NCBI RefSeq assembly: GCF_009914755.1
Contig: NC_060932.1
Strand: one strand, 5' to 3'
Source of the DNA: the human T2T-CHM13v2.0 reference genome, Homo sapiens
DNA length: 64,000 nucleotides
The position numbers were made by a program, and so were the translations under genes. Positions 41,571 through 57,877 of the stretch are shown one piece after another. The number at the start of each line of letters is the position of its first letter. Position 1 is the stretch's first letter. The notes beneath the pieces are model-generated. The model worked only from the letters and a program-made list of their open reading frames with translations. It did no database searches and was not told where the DNA came from.

Positions 41571-44500
41571 GCTGAGCACCGTGGGTCGGCGAGGGCCCGC
41601 CAAGGAAGGAGCGACCGACCGAGCCAGGCGCCCTCCGCAGACCTCCGCGCAGCGGCCGCGGGCGCGAGGGGAGGGGTCTGGAGCTCCCTCCGGCTGCCTG
41701 TCCCGCACCGGAGCCCGTGGGGTGGGGAGGTGTGCAGCCTGTGACAGACAGGGGCTTAGAGATGCAAACAGACTCAGGGAGAGAAACAGAAGCTGATTCT
41801 GTGACAGAAGCAGATCTGTGCAGCACAGATGCGGTGTGCGTGGGGAGGGGGTCGCCTGGGAGCGCATTGCGGAGTGCTTGTGTGTGCAGATTTTTCTCTG
41901 GGCTCAGGACTCATTGTATGTGGGTCAACACCTTCCTCCGTGACTGTGTTTTTGTTCTGAGCTGAGTTTTTTGGTTTGCCCTTAAAAAAATAATAATTTG
42001 GCATCCAGAGACTGGCAGACTGCCTCAGGGCCTGGACTGCGGATATATTGTGTTCTGCTTGAGGTTTGGGGAGGAGGGCAGGCGGTAGGAAGGGAGAGGG
42101 GGAGCTGTTTGTCACACTTTGCTGTAGAGCTGAGAGCACCTGACAAGCTTAAGGAAGTCGTTGGGCTATGTGGACAAGAAGGAGCCAGCTCCCAGCGGGT
42201 TCACAAGCTCTATCGGAGTTGAAAGCGTGGTCATGGCTCTAAGGAGCACCTCACGCCCTCCCTGTAGCTGTTATTGCAGTTTCAGGCAGAGATCCAGGAG
42301 CTGCAGAGGAAGGGAGAGGCACAATAACCTACATGGACCCAAGGGAGACATGTGTTCCTTTAAAAATGTGAACAGAAGGAAAAACAGAATGTGTGCAACT
42401 GGGGGTCTGAGGAAAGACTGTTTTGAAAGAGGCTGTCAGGGAATGGAAAGGGTTAAGCTTTTCATCCTGAAGAACCTGCTTCCCAAATCAGGCCTTCCTC
42501 CCATCACTAGACCCTGAGCAGCAGCTGGTCCTAGAGACCCCCCTCGTACTGCGCTGCCACAGTCTCATCCCATTTCCAGCTCTGTATTAACCACCAAGCT
42601 GCAGCGGATGGGGCAAGACCTAAGCTCATTAATTTCCAGGTGGAGGAAATGGAGGAGGGGCAGGTCCCTGCAGTAGAGGGAGGAGCAGAGAAAGGAGGCC
42701 AAGAGCTGGATCCTTCTGCCCAGGAAGCCTGCTGCATCCCTTCCCCCGAGCATGGCAGAGGCCTGGCTTTGCAAGGCCAAGGCCATAAGGGATGCTTAGG
42801 AGATTAATTTGATTCCTGACACAATAATCAAGCCCTAAGAGTCTCCACTGAAGCTTACTGAGGACTTCTTTCCTCTCCAAAGCCTCAGTCTAGCCTGCTA
42901 AATAAATTAGTATTCAGTGATGCCTTGGATCAGGGCCCCTCCCCGGCCTCAGTTTCCCCAAATATTTATTAAGTACCTACTGTGTGCAATCCTTGTGTAA
43001 TTATTACCTCTTAGGCTCTTCATTTGCCCTCCTAAAGCAGTGTTTAGAGTCAGGCAGAGGTTAAGTGTGTTGCACCTCACCTAGATACTTCCAGAACCTT
43101 CTCTGGGTCTGCAGAATGTGGCACAACCTGCTTGCCCCCGCAGAGAGAAAGCTGCAGTGCACATCCTGCAGACTGCAGGTGCTGGGCTGCCTCTGGAGTC
43201 CCAGAAGGCAAGCTTGGCTGCAGGACAGAAAGGGAGAACAGCTTCTCTCACCCCTGAGCCTTCACAAGCCCTTGTCTATTTGCCGTTGCCTTCAAAATAT
43301 ACCTCCCCCGAAACCAGTAGCTTTCTGAGTCCTGGTGTCCCCTCCGCCCTTTCTGGACAGGTTTGGGAAGAAGAAAGCAGTCAGTGCTGGGCCTTATTGG
43401 GGTGTGAAGCGCCTTGCTCTGCCCCTTCTGCTCACTGTGAAGGCCGCTGGATGCTTCTCTTAGGCATGGTTTAAGCCTCCGATTACTAAACCCCTTGCCC
43501 CACAAACGTCCACATTGACGAGCCTCTTTTTAGTAACTGCTTCCCCGTAATTCCTTCAGAGGTTGCTGTACCCTTCGCTGATGTGCTGCCCTCCTGTAAA
43601 ACCTCCAGATGCCTTCCCACGTAATGCCCCTTTCAGATGCTTTAAGCTGAGAGCTTAAACCACAGGTACCATGGCTGACGCCTGCCAGGTTTCTGCTGCA
43701 GATAATCTATGATGGGAGGGGCATATTTTTTACTTCATTACTTATGTAAACTCTTGTTCCAGAAAGCTTTAATGTGTGTGGGAGTGTTCTGGGTCTATTA
43801 GGTCTGTGCGCATGGGTGTGGGCATTTGCCTGTGTCCACCGGGTGGGTCTCATTATGAAATGTATGTTTATGTAGGGCTTTAATGGCTGAAAATGGCAAA
43901 GAGATGAATAGACCACTTGGCCCCATGTGTAATTGCCAGGCCCCTTCTGTGCTCAAATGAGGTGTCCGAGTGAAGGTCAGCCCTTCCCTTCTGTATTTGG
44001 GGCCTATTTATGCCACCAGTAATTTTATAAGAAATCTGAATAGTTCTCCCCTTTGAGTGCATTTAACTCTTTAGTATCTTCTCTCTTACCTATTTGAGCC
44101 CCTCTAGCTACAGTCTGGCTTAAATGAAAGGGGAATTATATGCTTAAGAAAAAGTAGGACACGGTTGAGGCAGTTTGCTGACTGAATACGCGAAGAAGGA
44201 CCTGATGGGCTCATATGCACCACTGCCATCACAGTCCCCATCGTGATGCAAGCTTATATGATTCTTGAGGTAACTCTACCAGATACTTCCAGATTTAGAA
44301 ATGTGTCAAAGGAAAAATTGGTGATACTCTTCTTTCCCCTGCCAGAAACAGCCCAGATCTCCTCTTAAGCGGAAAAGAGATTGACCTTCTAGCAGAGGCA
44401 AAGGTAAACTCCTGTAAGTTACTTCTGTTACCAAAGGGAGGGGGGCGGCTTTTGTGAATGTATGAGGAGCTTTTGCCAGAGAGATATTCGGAGGAGGGGT

Positions 44501-44873
44501 GTGCCCATATGCACACATATATTTTCCCGCATAACCGTATCCAATGCTAGCATTTAGAGGAAGGCATTTAGCCACCAAAAGTCCATCCATCTATGCTGCT
44601 TCCACAGAGAAAACATTTTCTCTTTCCTCCTCTTGAACTTACATAATATCCTCCTCCCATTCCAACCTTAGAATGGAGTCTTCTGGGGGCAGCTGCAAAG
44701 CGTTCTCCCTAGGACAGATGGAGCCTCCCTTTCCTCATCTACTCTGTGGGTGGTTTCAGGGCCCACGAGTCAACATGAGGAGTTGTGCTGGTGGTATGTG
44801 TGTTGGAGGCTGGGCTGGCTGATTCACAGTGACGAGGATGTCAATAATAACAAGAATGAGAATGATGATACCT

Positions 44874-44930
44874 AATAAAGACTTTTTTTCCCAAGTCCCA
44901 TCTACAATTCTTTCATTGGGTGTTTTGCCA
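44874..44930 (+). terminator. Candidate polyadenylation signal of the host transcript
   Basis: AATAAA at 44874-44879, followed about 30 nt later by TTCTTTCATTGGGTGTTTTG (U/GU-rich downstream element). Confidence 0.65.
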
Positions 44931-45449
44931 AGTCTTTCTCAATCTCATCTCAGCTTTTTTTTTTTTTTAAAAGAAAATGTATTCAATACTTAATTGCATC
45001 ACAAATGTAGACATAGAAGAAAGGACTTCAAACGGAATTTATGGGAGGCAATGTGTGCGGCTTTTTGCCTTATAGAGCTGTGTAGAAGGTCTGGAATGAT
45101 CTTCCAGCACCAAATTTAGATGGCCTCAAAAAAAAAAAAAAAAAAAAAAAAAAATCAGGCCTTATTGAGGGCAAGGAATGTTCCAGGTCAGAAATAAAAG
45201 TGTCAGCAACTCTCAATAGGTTCATCTTTTTATTTCCTGTCCTTCTCCCTTTTGTCTTAAAATAGAAACGCTACCAAGACCTGAGGGCCTGGGTCAGGGG
45301 CCGGGAAGCCCAGAAAACAAACTTCCAGAATCACTAAGGGCTTTCTCTCTCAAAATTACAGTGGGAGGGTTCTTTTGAAATTCAAATCCAACCTATTTGT
45401 TGCTTAAGCACACACAAAATACTGAGACCTGGGGTCCAAGAGGCAATAC

Positions 45450-46800
45450 TTCCGCTGCAAGTGCATGTTGCAACTTCGCGTGATGTTCCCAGGGCGGTTC
45501 TGCGGCAACTTGCGGCTCCGCGACTGTGGGCGCGGGCCCCATTTCGGGCCCCGTCGGCCGGGACCGCGCCCAGGGCTTCTCAAGTGACTCGCTTCCCAGC
45601 ACGCAAGAGGCATTCTCGTCTCTTTCTCTTCGAATGCACCCGAGACTTCTCCATGAAGCAAGGAGAAGATGAGCAGGCGCTGGTTTCCCTTTTCTTTTTT
45701 GCTCCCATTTCCCAGTCTTGATTTTTTTTTTCCCTTTCTCTCTCTCTCCCGAATCATGCAGACCTGGAACTCCTAAGATTCGGGTCCTCCTGCAGTTCCC
45801 AAAGCTTTGGATCCATCCGAGGTGTGGGTAGATGCGGGTTAGTCTCAGGGTCTTTCTAGGATGAGCCCCAAGCCCAAGTTCTAAGGCGAGGGGGAGGCGA
45901 AGAGGTCAGGGCTACAAACGCCAGGGACTGTCCCCGGAGAGGTCATTTTTCCATTTTCCATGCACATCGATTTCACTCTAGCGCCAGATGGACACTCGAC
46001 GGTCAACGTTAGAGATTTTTACGGAGTCGGGGGCAGGAAGCGGGACGAATTGAGACGAGGGTACATCCTTTGCTTCCAAGGGTGGCCGAGCCAGACCGAA
46101 GGCCTGGGCGGGAGGTCACGTCCTCCCCTGGCCACCCACAGCGCTCCCCAGCCGCAGGCCTGGGCCTAGAAGCCGCGCCCTCCCGGCCGTGCAGCCGGTC
46201 AGCCTGTGCGCCCGGCGCCCGCAGTGCGGCTCCGGGCCTCTCTCTGATCCACTTCAGTACCTGCGGCCTCGAGGACCCCACCGTGCATCCCGGAAAGCCT
46301 CAGAACTTGCAAGAAAGAGGGGCTGGCAGGTGCAGCCTGGGAAGAGGACCCCGCCGCGAAAGCGCTTGGGGGTTGGGTTTTATTTGCTGGAGTGGGGGGT
46401 CCGTCTCAGTGCATCCTCCTGGATTCCCCATTAGGACGCCCCGCCCATACATCCAGCCTCCTCTCCCGGATACCCCCAGTGACCCGGCCAGGGAGCGGGC
46501 ATCTTCCCCCAGGACCCAGAGACGTGTCCTCGCCATCCCCAAACACCGTCCTTCCCCACCCCCGCAACCCTCTCCACAGAAGCCAAAACCACAACAAAAA
46601 TCTTCAACCCACAAAGAAAAAGACACATTCCTCCTTCGGCCTTAGTCAGCGTTAGTTCCAGATCCGAAGCCGGAGGGGACGGAGCCGCTCGAAGTCGGTT
46701 GGAAGGAAGGCGCAGAAGGCTCTTTCTGTCTCCATGAATCTCCTTGCAAATGCAACCGCTGCTGCCATTAGGACGCGGTCTCTGTTTGCAAAAAAAACTC
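45450..46800. promoter_or_regulatory. Second CpG island just downstream of the host poly(A) site
   Basis: CpG-rich and free of recognisable repeats. Confidence 0.75.
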
Positions 46801-48445
46801 AATTCCTTCCATTTCCTCATCTGTTGGGTCCATCAGCGTGCAGTGAGTGATGCAAGGTCCCTTTGGGTCAACAGGCCGTCCCCTGAAATAACTTTCAGAG
46901 CCCTGGCCTCAAGGTCATGGGCCGGGTGGCCTCTACAGGCCACAGGTCAGGACCAGGATGTGCCTGACTGAGGCTGTGCCACCGAGAGCTTCGGACGTGC
47001 AGAAAGGTGCCCTGAGCTGCACGGGGGGCTTCTGTCAGCCCCCTCCCACTCTACACAGATTGATGTGGCAATATTTATTCCCATTTAATTGAGACACTGG
47101 TTTAATTTCAGATTGCTTCGGCTTAAGGCCCAATGGGGTTTTCTGCAGCTCTTTTCCCCAGTGCCTCTACAGAAATTAATTGCTGTTAATATCCAATTTT
47201 GGCTTTATTATTCGTTAGCCAATTATGTATCCCATAGCCCAGGCCCCTTGCTGCTCTCAGCCTTTGCTGGAATCAGCTCACACTATGCCGGGCTTCTGCT
47301 TTTCTGCCTTCCCCTCTATTCAAACTCTGTCCTCCCAAGATGATTTACCGGCCCGTCAGGCATTTTGCTTGTGTCCCAGCGCTAGCTGAGCTGGCGGAGG
47401 TGTCTTTAAGACGTTTTCCCCCTTTTGAGGGAAATGTCTTCTTTGCAGTGGAAATAATTTCCATTTAAAAAGGAATCTAAGCTTCTCCACTCTCGCTTCA
47501 CTATCCTAAGATTTGCTTTCTCTGGAGCCATTTTTGGAGAGCAGTTTTCCATCAAAAGCAAGCAAGGTGCCCCGGCATCAGGGCTCCCCTCCCCACCTCC
47601 CTAGGAGCCCCTCCGAGACTGTCTTAAAGCCACCACATATACATAACACCATAGATTCAAACAGGGTGCTTGGAGGATGTCATTCCACATTTCAAGGAGG
47701 GAAACTTGAAAAAGCACTATTTTCAGAGATGAGGAGGGCAGCTCTCCCCTCGTCCCCCACAGAGGCCCTGGAAACCATTCCAGCCTTGCACTGCGCAACC
47801 CTGCTTGATGGAGCTGATGCAACTGGGGGCGAGAGCCTTTAAAAAGTGTTCTTTTGCCTTGGTTTTTTGTGCCTTGAGTTCACAGAAGCAAACACTTCCC
47901 ATCACTGGTGCTCTGGAAACAGAAACATACAAGTGAGAATCCTAACGACAGCAGAGGCCCTTCTTTGTCTGCTTCCTCTCCTTCCCCCCTTGGAAAGAAT
48001 GCCTCCCATGCCTTAATGTGCCCTCACACTTATCTCTAGCAGTTCCGTAACAACCTGCGCAGTGTCGGCATCAGAACCGAATGCAGAGAAAACAAAACGT
48101 CAGAGCCGCTGGCTTGGACTGCGGCCCCTACAGATGAAGCCCGAGGTGGGAGGTTTTCTTCTCCGCCTGGAAATCCTATGGTCAGATTTGTCGTAGGGGG
48201 GAGGTGGGTGGTGACTGTGGTGGAGGGCTGGGACATTGTTAAGAAGGTGCCTTACGCAGAAGGCTCAATAAATACCACCCAAATTGGATGTAATTAAATT
48301 AGCAGCAGCTGTCCTGCTTTTCCTGTTGAAAAGCTACAATTAGGCATGAAGGCCTCCTGGGCAAAGGCTAGTTAGAGTGGCGTCCTAGGAAAGGAGGGGG
48401 CTAACAGTGTTTCTGGTTCATCTTCTATCCTCAGCCCCTGCCTAG

Positions 48446-48841
<396 letters not shown>

Positions 48842-49287
48842 GAGTTTTATTTTTAAAATAGTCCAAGCATAAAGACCCCACATACCGTGCCCAGTCCGAG
48901 ACAGAATTTCTGGGAAAACAAGAGGGAAAAAAAAAAAAACAAAACTCTTTTTTAGAACCCTTCTATCGTCCTTCGAGAGCACTTTAACTTTCAAAGATCC
49001 TCATATTCAAATCTCTCTTGTCACCACTCCAATTCACATCTCAACCGAGGCCTTTCCCAGTGGGGTATGCCCTCTAAACAAGACTAACAACAACAACAAC
49101 AACAACAACTATAATCAACTTCTATTTCCTTCTACTCTCCTTCCCCCAGCCCCTTGAAAATATCTATACTCTCAATGCTCAAGAGGTATTAGGATAAAGA
49201 CAGTGAGGTTAAAGCATTTCATACTAACACGTGAGCCACTTGAACAAGTCTTCTAACTTCCCCAGAGATATTTAACATTTTAGAAGA

Positions 49288-49619
49288 GGTGGGCATGGTG
49301 GTTCATGACTGTAATCCCAGCATTTTGGGAGGCCAAGAAGGGAAGATCACTTGAGCCCAGGAGTTTGAGGCCAGCCTGTGCAATATGGCAAGACTCCATC
49401 GCTACAAAAAAAACAAAACAATTAACCGGGCGTGATGGGGCACAATCCCAGCTACAGTCCCAGCTACTCAGGAGGCTAAGTGTGGGAGGATCGCTGGAGC
49501 CCCAGAGGATGAGGCTGCAGTGAGCTGTGTTCGGGCCACTGTGCTCCAGCCAGGGAGACAATAGTGAGAAACTCTCAAAAAAAAAAAAAAAAGAAAGAAA
49601 GAAGGAAAGAAAGAAGAAA

Positions 49620-49676
<57 letters not shown>

Positions 49677-49687
49677 AAAGAAAAGAA

Positions 49688-49727
<40 letters not shown>

Positions 49728-49730
49728 AAA
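49288..49730 (+). mobile_element. AluJ with expanded GAAA tail
   Basis: Alu body 49288-49576. Confidence 0.92.
49577..49730 (+). repeat. A-run plus (GAAA)n purine tract (Alu tail)
   Basis: About 150 bp of only A and G. Confidence 0.97.
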
Positions 49731-50126
49731 GAGGCACTTACCTACCAAGTCTAATTGTAGGAGTTTCTTATAAAGGCTCCCAAAAGCAGTAAGGAAGAAT
49801 CACATCAGAGCCTCCACTTTCTGCTTGAGGATAACATCATTGTTCCTTTGTTCCAGACACATGGGTGCTCAACCTTTTAAACATAACACAACAGGAAAAC
49901 ACATGTAAAGAAGCCTAATGAATCCTCATGGCTTGCTCTGTCCTCTGCCTCCTCTATTAGTACCAACTGGTAGGAGCACCCCAAGCTTTTGGCAGGGACA
50001 TCTGTGATGTCGATACCTGTGATGACAGGTAGATATCAGTCTAGGTCAAGGCTACTGCATCTTTGCAAATTTGAAGCCAGCCCTTTGCATAATCGTGAAT
50101 TCTGATTTTGCTATTTCCAAGAGTTG

Positions 50127-50438
<312 letters not shown>

Positions 50439-50953
50439 TTCCATGAATTATATTTAAGGAATTATTTGATTAAATACCAGACTATGTGACACAGTAAGCC
50501 CACTTCAACCTGCTAACCCAAGGTAGATGCAAAGTGGCTCCAGGCAAAGCTGGAACTTGGGACTGGACACTTCCCTGGGTTGGTTTTGGTCACTCTCCCA
50601 TCCTCAGCCAGCTCCTTCCCTTGCTTAACCGGAACTCTCTCATGTCCTTGCAGCCCCGGCTCTCCAAGCACCCTGTCCCATGTCCCATTCTCAGTGCATC
50701 TGAGCTTCCCGCAAATGGCAAAGCCAGCACCCAGGAGCAAGTTCTCGTGGGGCAAGAAGCAGATGTGTTAGGACTTTCAGGGAGAGTGAGAGCCTTCCCA
50801 GCCTCCAGCCAGCCTCTTAGAAAACTTTGCCTTTGGAAATGTCAATTATCTCTCCCTTCTTTCCAGCCTTCTACTCCTACCTCAGCATCTTGCCGCCTTC
50901 ATGTGGACAATTAATCAACAGCAACAGCATAGTGTGAAGGTTGGTAGCCTCGC

Positions 50954-51252
50954 TTTTTTTTTTTTTTTTTTAGATGGAGTCTCGCTCTGTCACCCAGGCT
51001 AGAGTGCAGCAGCATGATCTTGGCTCACTGCGACTTCTGCCTCCCAGGTTCAAGGAATTCTCCTGCCTCAGCCTCCTGAGTAGCTGCGATTATAGGCGTG
51101 CGCCACCATGCTTGGCTAATTTTTGTATTTTTAGTACAGATGGTGTTTCACCCTGTTGGCCAGGCTGGTCTCAAACCGCTGACCTCAGGTGATCTGCCCC
51201 ACTCAGCCTTCCAAAGTGCTGGGATTACAGGCATGAGCCACTGTGCCTGGAC
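50954..51252 (-). mobile_element. AluS
   Basis: Reverse-strand Alu. Confidence 0.93.
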
Positions 51253-52012
51253 TGGACTGCTTTTCTATTGTACTAAACCTGTCCTATCTGATTCCCGAAT
51301 CACTCATCACACTATTGACCAAAACCTATCCAAGACAGCATGTGGGAGCAGCTAGGAAAATTATTTAATGTGATCCCAGGGCCTCTCAGAAGCCCAGACA
51401 GACTTGGTACCTTCCTTTTTTTTTCTTTTTGAGGCTTCCAGTACATTCAGAAATGCCAAATCAGAGCTATAAAAATTACTGTATGTATAGCATCTTCCAA
51501 AAATATTACCAAAAGGAATGCCTATGAGAGCCTTTGAGACTGTAACACTCTGTGTGATTCCGTGAAAAGCCCCTGGATGTTAAGGCCTCAGCCCCCAGAG
51601 AAAGCGAAGCCCGCTATGACCGCCAGCCTGGTTATCACATTACGTCTGCTTGGTCCCCGGCGCTACCACCAGGCTGTGTAACTGTGCGTAGGTTGTTAAA
51701 CCTCTCTGAGCATCCTCTGTAAGAAGGTGATATAATGATGCTATCTACTTCAAAGGGTTATTGTCAGGAGGAAATGAGATAATGCATGTGAAAATATTCA
51801 GCATATCACGGAGCGCTGTTCAATAGAAATAAAACACAAGCCATATGTGGTGTTTAAAATTTTCTAGTAGCCACACATTTAAAAATAAAAAAGAAACATA
51901 TGACATTAATTTTAATCATATATTTTATTTAACCCAATACATATAATCAAAAATGGCATGATGGTGCACACCTGTGGTCCCAGCAGCTCAGGAGGCTGAG
52001 GGGGAAGGATCA

Positions 52013-52111
<99 letters not shown>

Positions 52112-52445
52112 TTAATGAGAAGTTTAACATTCTTTTATTCATACTAAATCTTCAAAATCTGATGTGTATTTTATACTCCCAATGCATCTCAGTTCAGATG
52201 CTAAATTTTCATCAGAAATACTTGTTTCTTATTTAGATTTCATAAGATTTATATAATAGTTGAAAAAGTACATTCACATACCCATGTTAGTTCCAACCAT
52301 TCTTAAATATTTTCTAATAACTGAATAGAGTATCTGTTTTCAAATTTAAATTTAAATTTAAATTTAACAATTAAATTAAATTTTAATTAATTTAAATTAA
52401 AATTTAATTTAAATTAAAAATTCAGCTCTTCAGTTGCACTGAGCA

Positions 52446-53127
<682 letters not shown>

Positions 53128-53370
53128 TGAGCATATTTCAAGTACTTAATAGCCACATGGTTAGTATCTATCACACAGTGCAGGTGGAGCATACTATTTG
53201 GCACATGGTAAGTGCTCAGTAAATACTCACTGCCATTACCCTTAGGCCCAAGGAGCAGCTCCTTCTCTTTTTTCAGATGCCAAATCTGAAGCCAGGCCTG
53301 TCATTTGTTCTGTGCATGGCCTGTGAAATGGATGAGTCCAGGCTCCGCATGTTCAGGGCCTCTTTGGAAT

Positions 53371-54352
<982 letters not shown>

Positions 54353-55103
54353 CCAGGGTAAAATTTCACAGTCCCTGAAGGGGCCATTTTCCAGGAACAT
54401 CTTCCTGACCTTTCCCACTGGGATTCTAGGAAGGCTTTCGGGCTCTCCAGGATTGTCTTGCCATGCATGTGTGTGTAAGGAGCAGGGATAACAAGCCTTT
54501 GTGGAGGGTTATTCTTTGAAACAATAACCCAGTACATCTGTGCAGCAGAAATAACAAGACTAGCATGGTCACACTAGTGACTGATAGCTGTTCCTATTCA
54601 CAAGCCAAATGAGGAGAAAATAGACATGGGTGTGGTACATGTTCCTAAATTTAATTCTGTGCTAATTTCTCATTCCATTAATAACCAGGGTTCTCATCCT
54701 CCCCTATAGTCATGTTTTTCAACTACTCTTTATTGAAATTGTGCTGCCTGTCAATCACCAATGTTAGCTAGGTGGAATTTGTGGATGAATAAGGCTCACG
54801 CCCTTCCTGCCCTCAGCAAGCACACAGTCCAGTAGATAAGACAAATACATTAGCAATTATGACAAAGCAAATATGAGCAGTCCCATACAAGACAGACAGT
54901 CAAAATGCCAGGAGAGTTCAAATGAAAGAGCCATGTTTTCCAATGAGAGGGCTGGGGAAACCTCAAGAGGCAGGTGGGATCTGGGGTGGAGGGAACACCC
55001 TAAGTGGTAAGATTAGCATCCACTCCATCCCAGATGTGAGGAAGTTTTGCAGAATTAAGCATAGGTACAATGACAATATAGGAGAAGGAAAGTTTGGGGC
55101 TAG

Positions 55104-56170
<1,067 letters not shown>

Positions 56171-57877
56171 TCCAGTGCAGTTTTGACAAATGAGGTAGAG
56201 TCAGCAGCCCATTACCCACTGAATAAAGCCTAACTCTCCTAAGTCCTGCATTGGGTGGTGCCCTGCTCACCTGCATGCCCAGTGATTGTCCTGTGCCTCC
56301 CCACCACCTGGTTTATTTGCTTAAATCCTCAAAACTCCCTCCTTGGTTGGGTTGCTGAAACCCTTCCTACACCTTTCCTGCCTCCGATTCCTGAGAGCTA
56401 CATTTAACCTCCACAGGCTCCTATTCCAAATCGGATGAAGCACTGAAAACAAAGCACTTTCACATCCTTCACCCTGATCTGTAGCATATTCTTCAGAACT
56501 CTTATGATTTCAAGTGACAGAAACCCAATCTGAACCAGCTGAAACACTCAGAGGCATTTAGTATCTCATGGAACCCAGTGCCCCAGGGACAGGCGGAAAC
56601 GCTGACTTGAACATCTCTTTCTGAGTTTCTCATCTCAGCGCCTCTCTGCAGATGTTGAAATCTTCTTTTTTTCTGCTAACTGGCCTCTGCTTCCCAGGTT
56701 CACAGCAAGAAACATGGCCATTGGGATGTCCCAAGCTTTGCATTTTATAGCCCAGCTTAGGTCAGGTGGCCACCCCTGTGCCAGTCAACTTGACCGAATG
56801 GATGGAAAACCTCAACTGATCAAGCTGGAGTTAAGTGCATGCAGGGAGCACCTATGGTAACTGCGGATGGCAGGGAGGGCAGCCACCTAGAAAAAGGTAC
56901 TGCTGGCCAGGTAAGACCACAGGTATCCACAACTACCACCAATCTGCTGTGAACAGTTCCTCTGAAGTTGTGCAATAAGCAAGCCGTGTGATGCTGGTCT
57001 TGGTAGAATATCTTATTTCTAAACTCCAAACCATCAGATTGGCCTCTACCTCCCCATTTGCCCTCCTCAGAAGATCTTGACACCCAAGTTCACCCCATCC
57101 TCTGGAGTCCTGTGGTTTGAAATACTGACCATTTGTCCCAATCCTGGAGCCAAGGTCCCAGCATGCTCTGTGTCCAAGTTCAGATTACCACAAAAGCTGG
57201 TTGTGAAGACCACAAGTTGTTACCTATTTGTTTTTTAACCAGTTGTATATACAACATTTGGTGCTTTTCACAACACCACACTACCTCTGTCTTACTGTAC
57301 TGTTTCTCTCCCTAGCAAGCTACCAACATTTCCTCTCTCCTCCCTAAAACATGAAAAAAGGAGAGAGAGAGAGAGAGAGAGACGCAGGTAATGCCTATAC
57401 TCTCATCTCCTAAGGGGTCCTTGAGACAATGGATTCCAAAGAGCAGTTTGGAACATGAAGAAAACCCCAATGGGGAGGCCCTGCTCCCAAGTCTCACTAA
57501 TTCTGGATTTAATTCTCCCCTGTGGGCCAGGTGGTGAATTAGTGGCCCTCCCACCCTACCTTCTGTTTTCTATGATCTCGTCTCATCTAATAAAGGCTCC
57601 AGATCTGAAAGTCTCTGAGACCAGAACCTTAGTCCAATTAAACCCTGCTAAAGCAAACAAACTTGGGAAAGACAAAGAGGTGAAGAGGTTAACAGCAGAC
57701 AAAACCTCCACTGACAAGCTAAATTAGCCTTGCCCACCTCAGGAGAAGGTGTAAGGTGGACAGCGGAGACTGCTGGTAGTGATTAACATTTGCTCGAAAT
57801 TCTAAGGAGCTAATTTTTTTTCCAAGTTAAATGTTAACCTGTGAAAAGAGGAACAGTAACTATGCGAAGAGGAATGT

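Larger units (their letters stand above)
37430..41900. promoter_or_regulatory. CpG island / promoter region of MIR124-1HG
   Basis: Dense CpG and high GC, GC boxes (GGGGCGGGG near 37828 and 38068), and long C-rich pyrimidine tracts at 39050-39135 and 40471-40567. Confidence 0.9.
39200..44894 (+). ncRNA. MIR124-1HG: miR-124-1 host lncRNA (LINC00599/RNCR3); 5' end uncertain
   Basis: Inferred from the hairpin, the upstream CpG island, consensus-like + strand splice sites (GAG|GTGAGT 40066, GAG|GTAAAG 40889; acceptors 39423, 41204, 41480) and AATAAA at 44874 with a downstream GT/T-rich element. Exon structure and TSS cannot be fixed from sequence alone. Confidence 0.7.

Noticed and set aside
41571-41592. 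RE1-like CTGAGCACCGTGGGTCGGC right after the hairpin
   Set aside because: The left half is imperfect and the right half (GGACAG) is absent.
38000-41867. Long ORFs in the CpG island (228 aa at 38000, 245 aa at 41130, 180 aa at 40039)
   Set aside because: Arg/Gly/Pro/Ala-rich, overlapping on both strands, often with non-ATG starts and no recognisable domain; expected from stop-codon scarcity in GC-rich DNA.
46070-46645. 191-aa ORF in the second CpG island
   Set aside because: Non-ATG start, Pro/Arg/Ser low complexity, and no recognisable homology.
49527-49773. Lys/Glu/Arg-rich ORFs
   Set aside because: Translations of the (GAAA)n tract.
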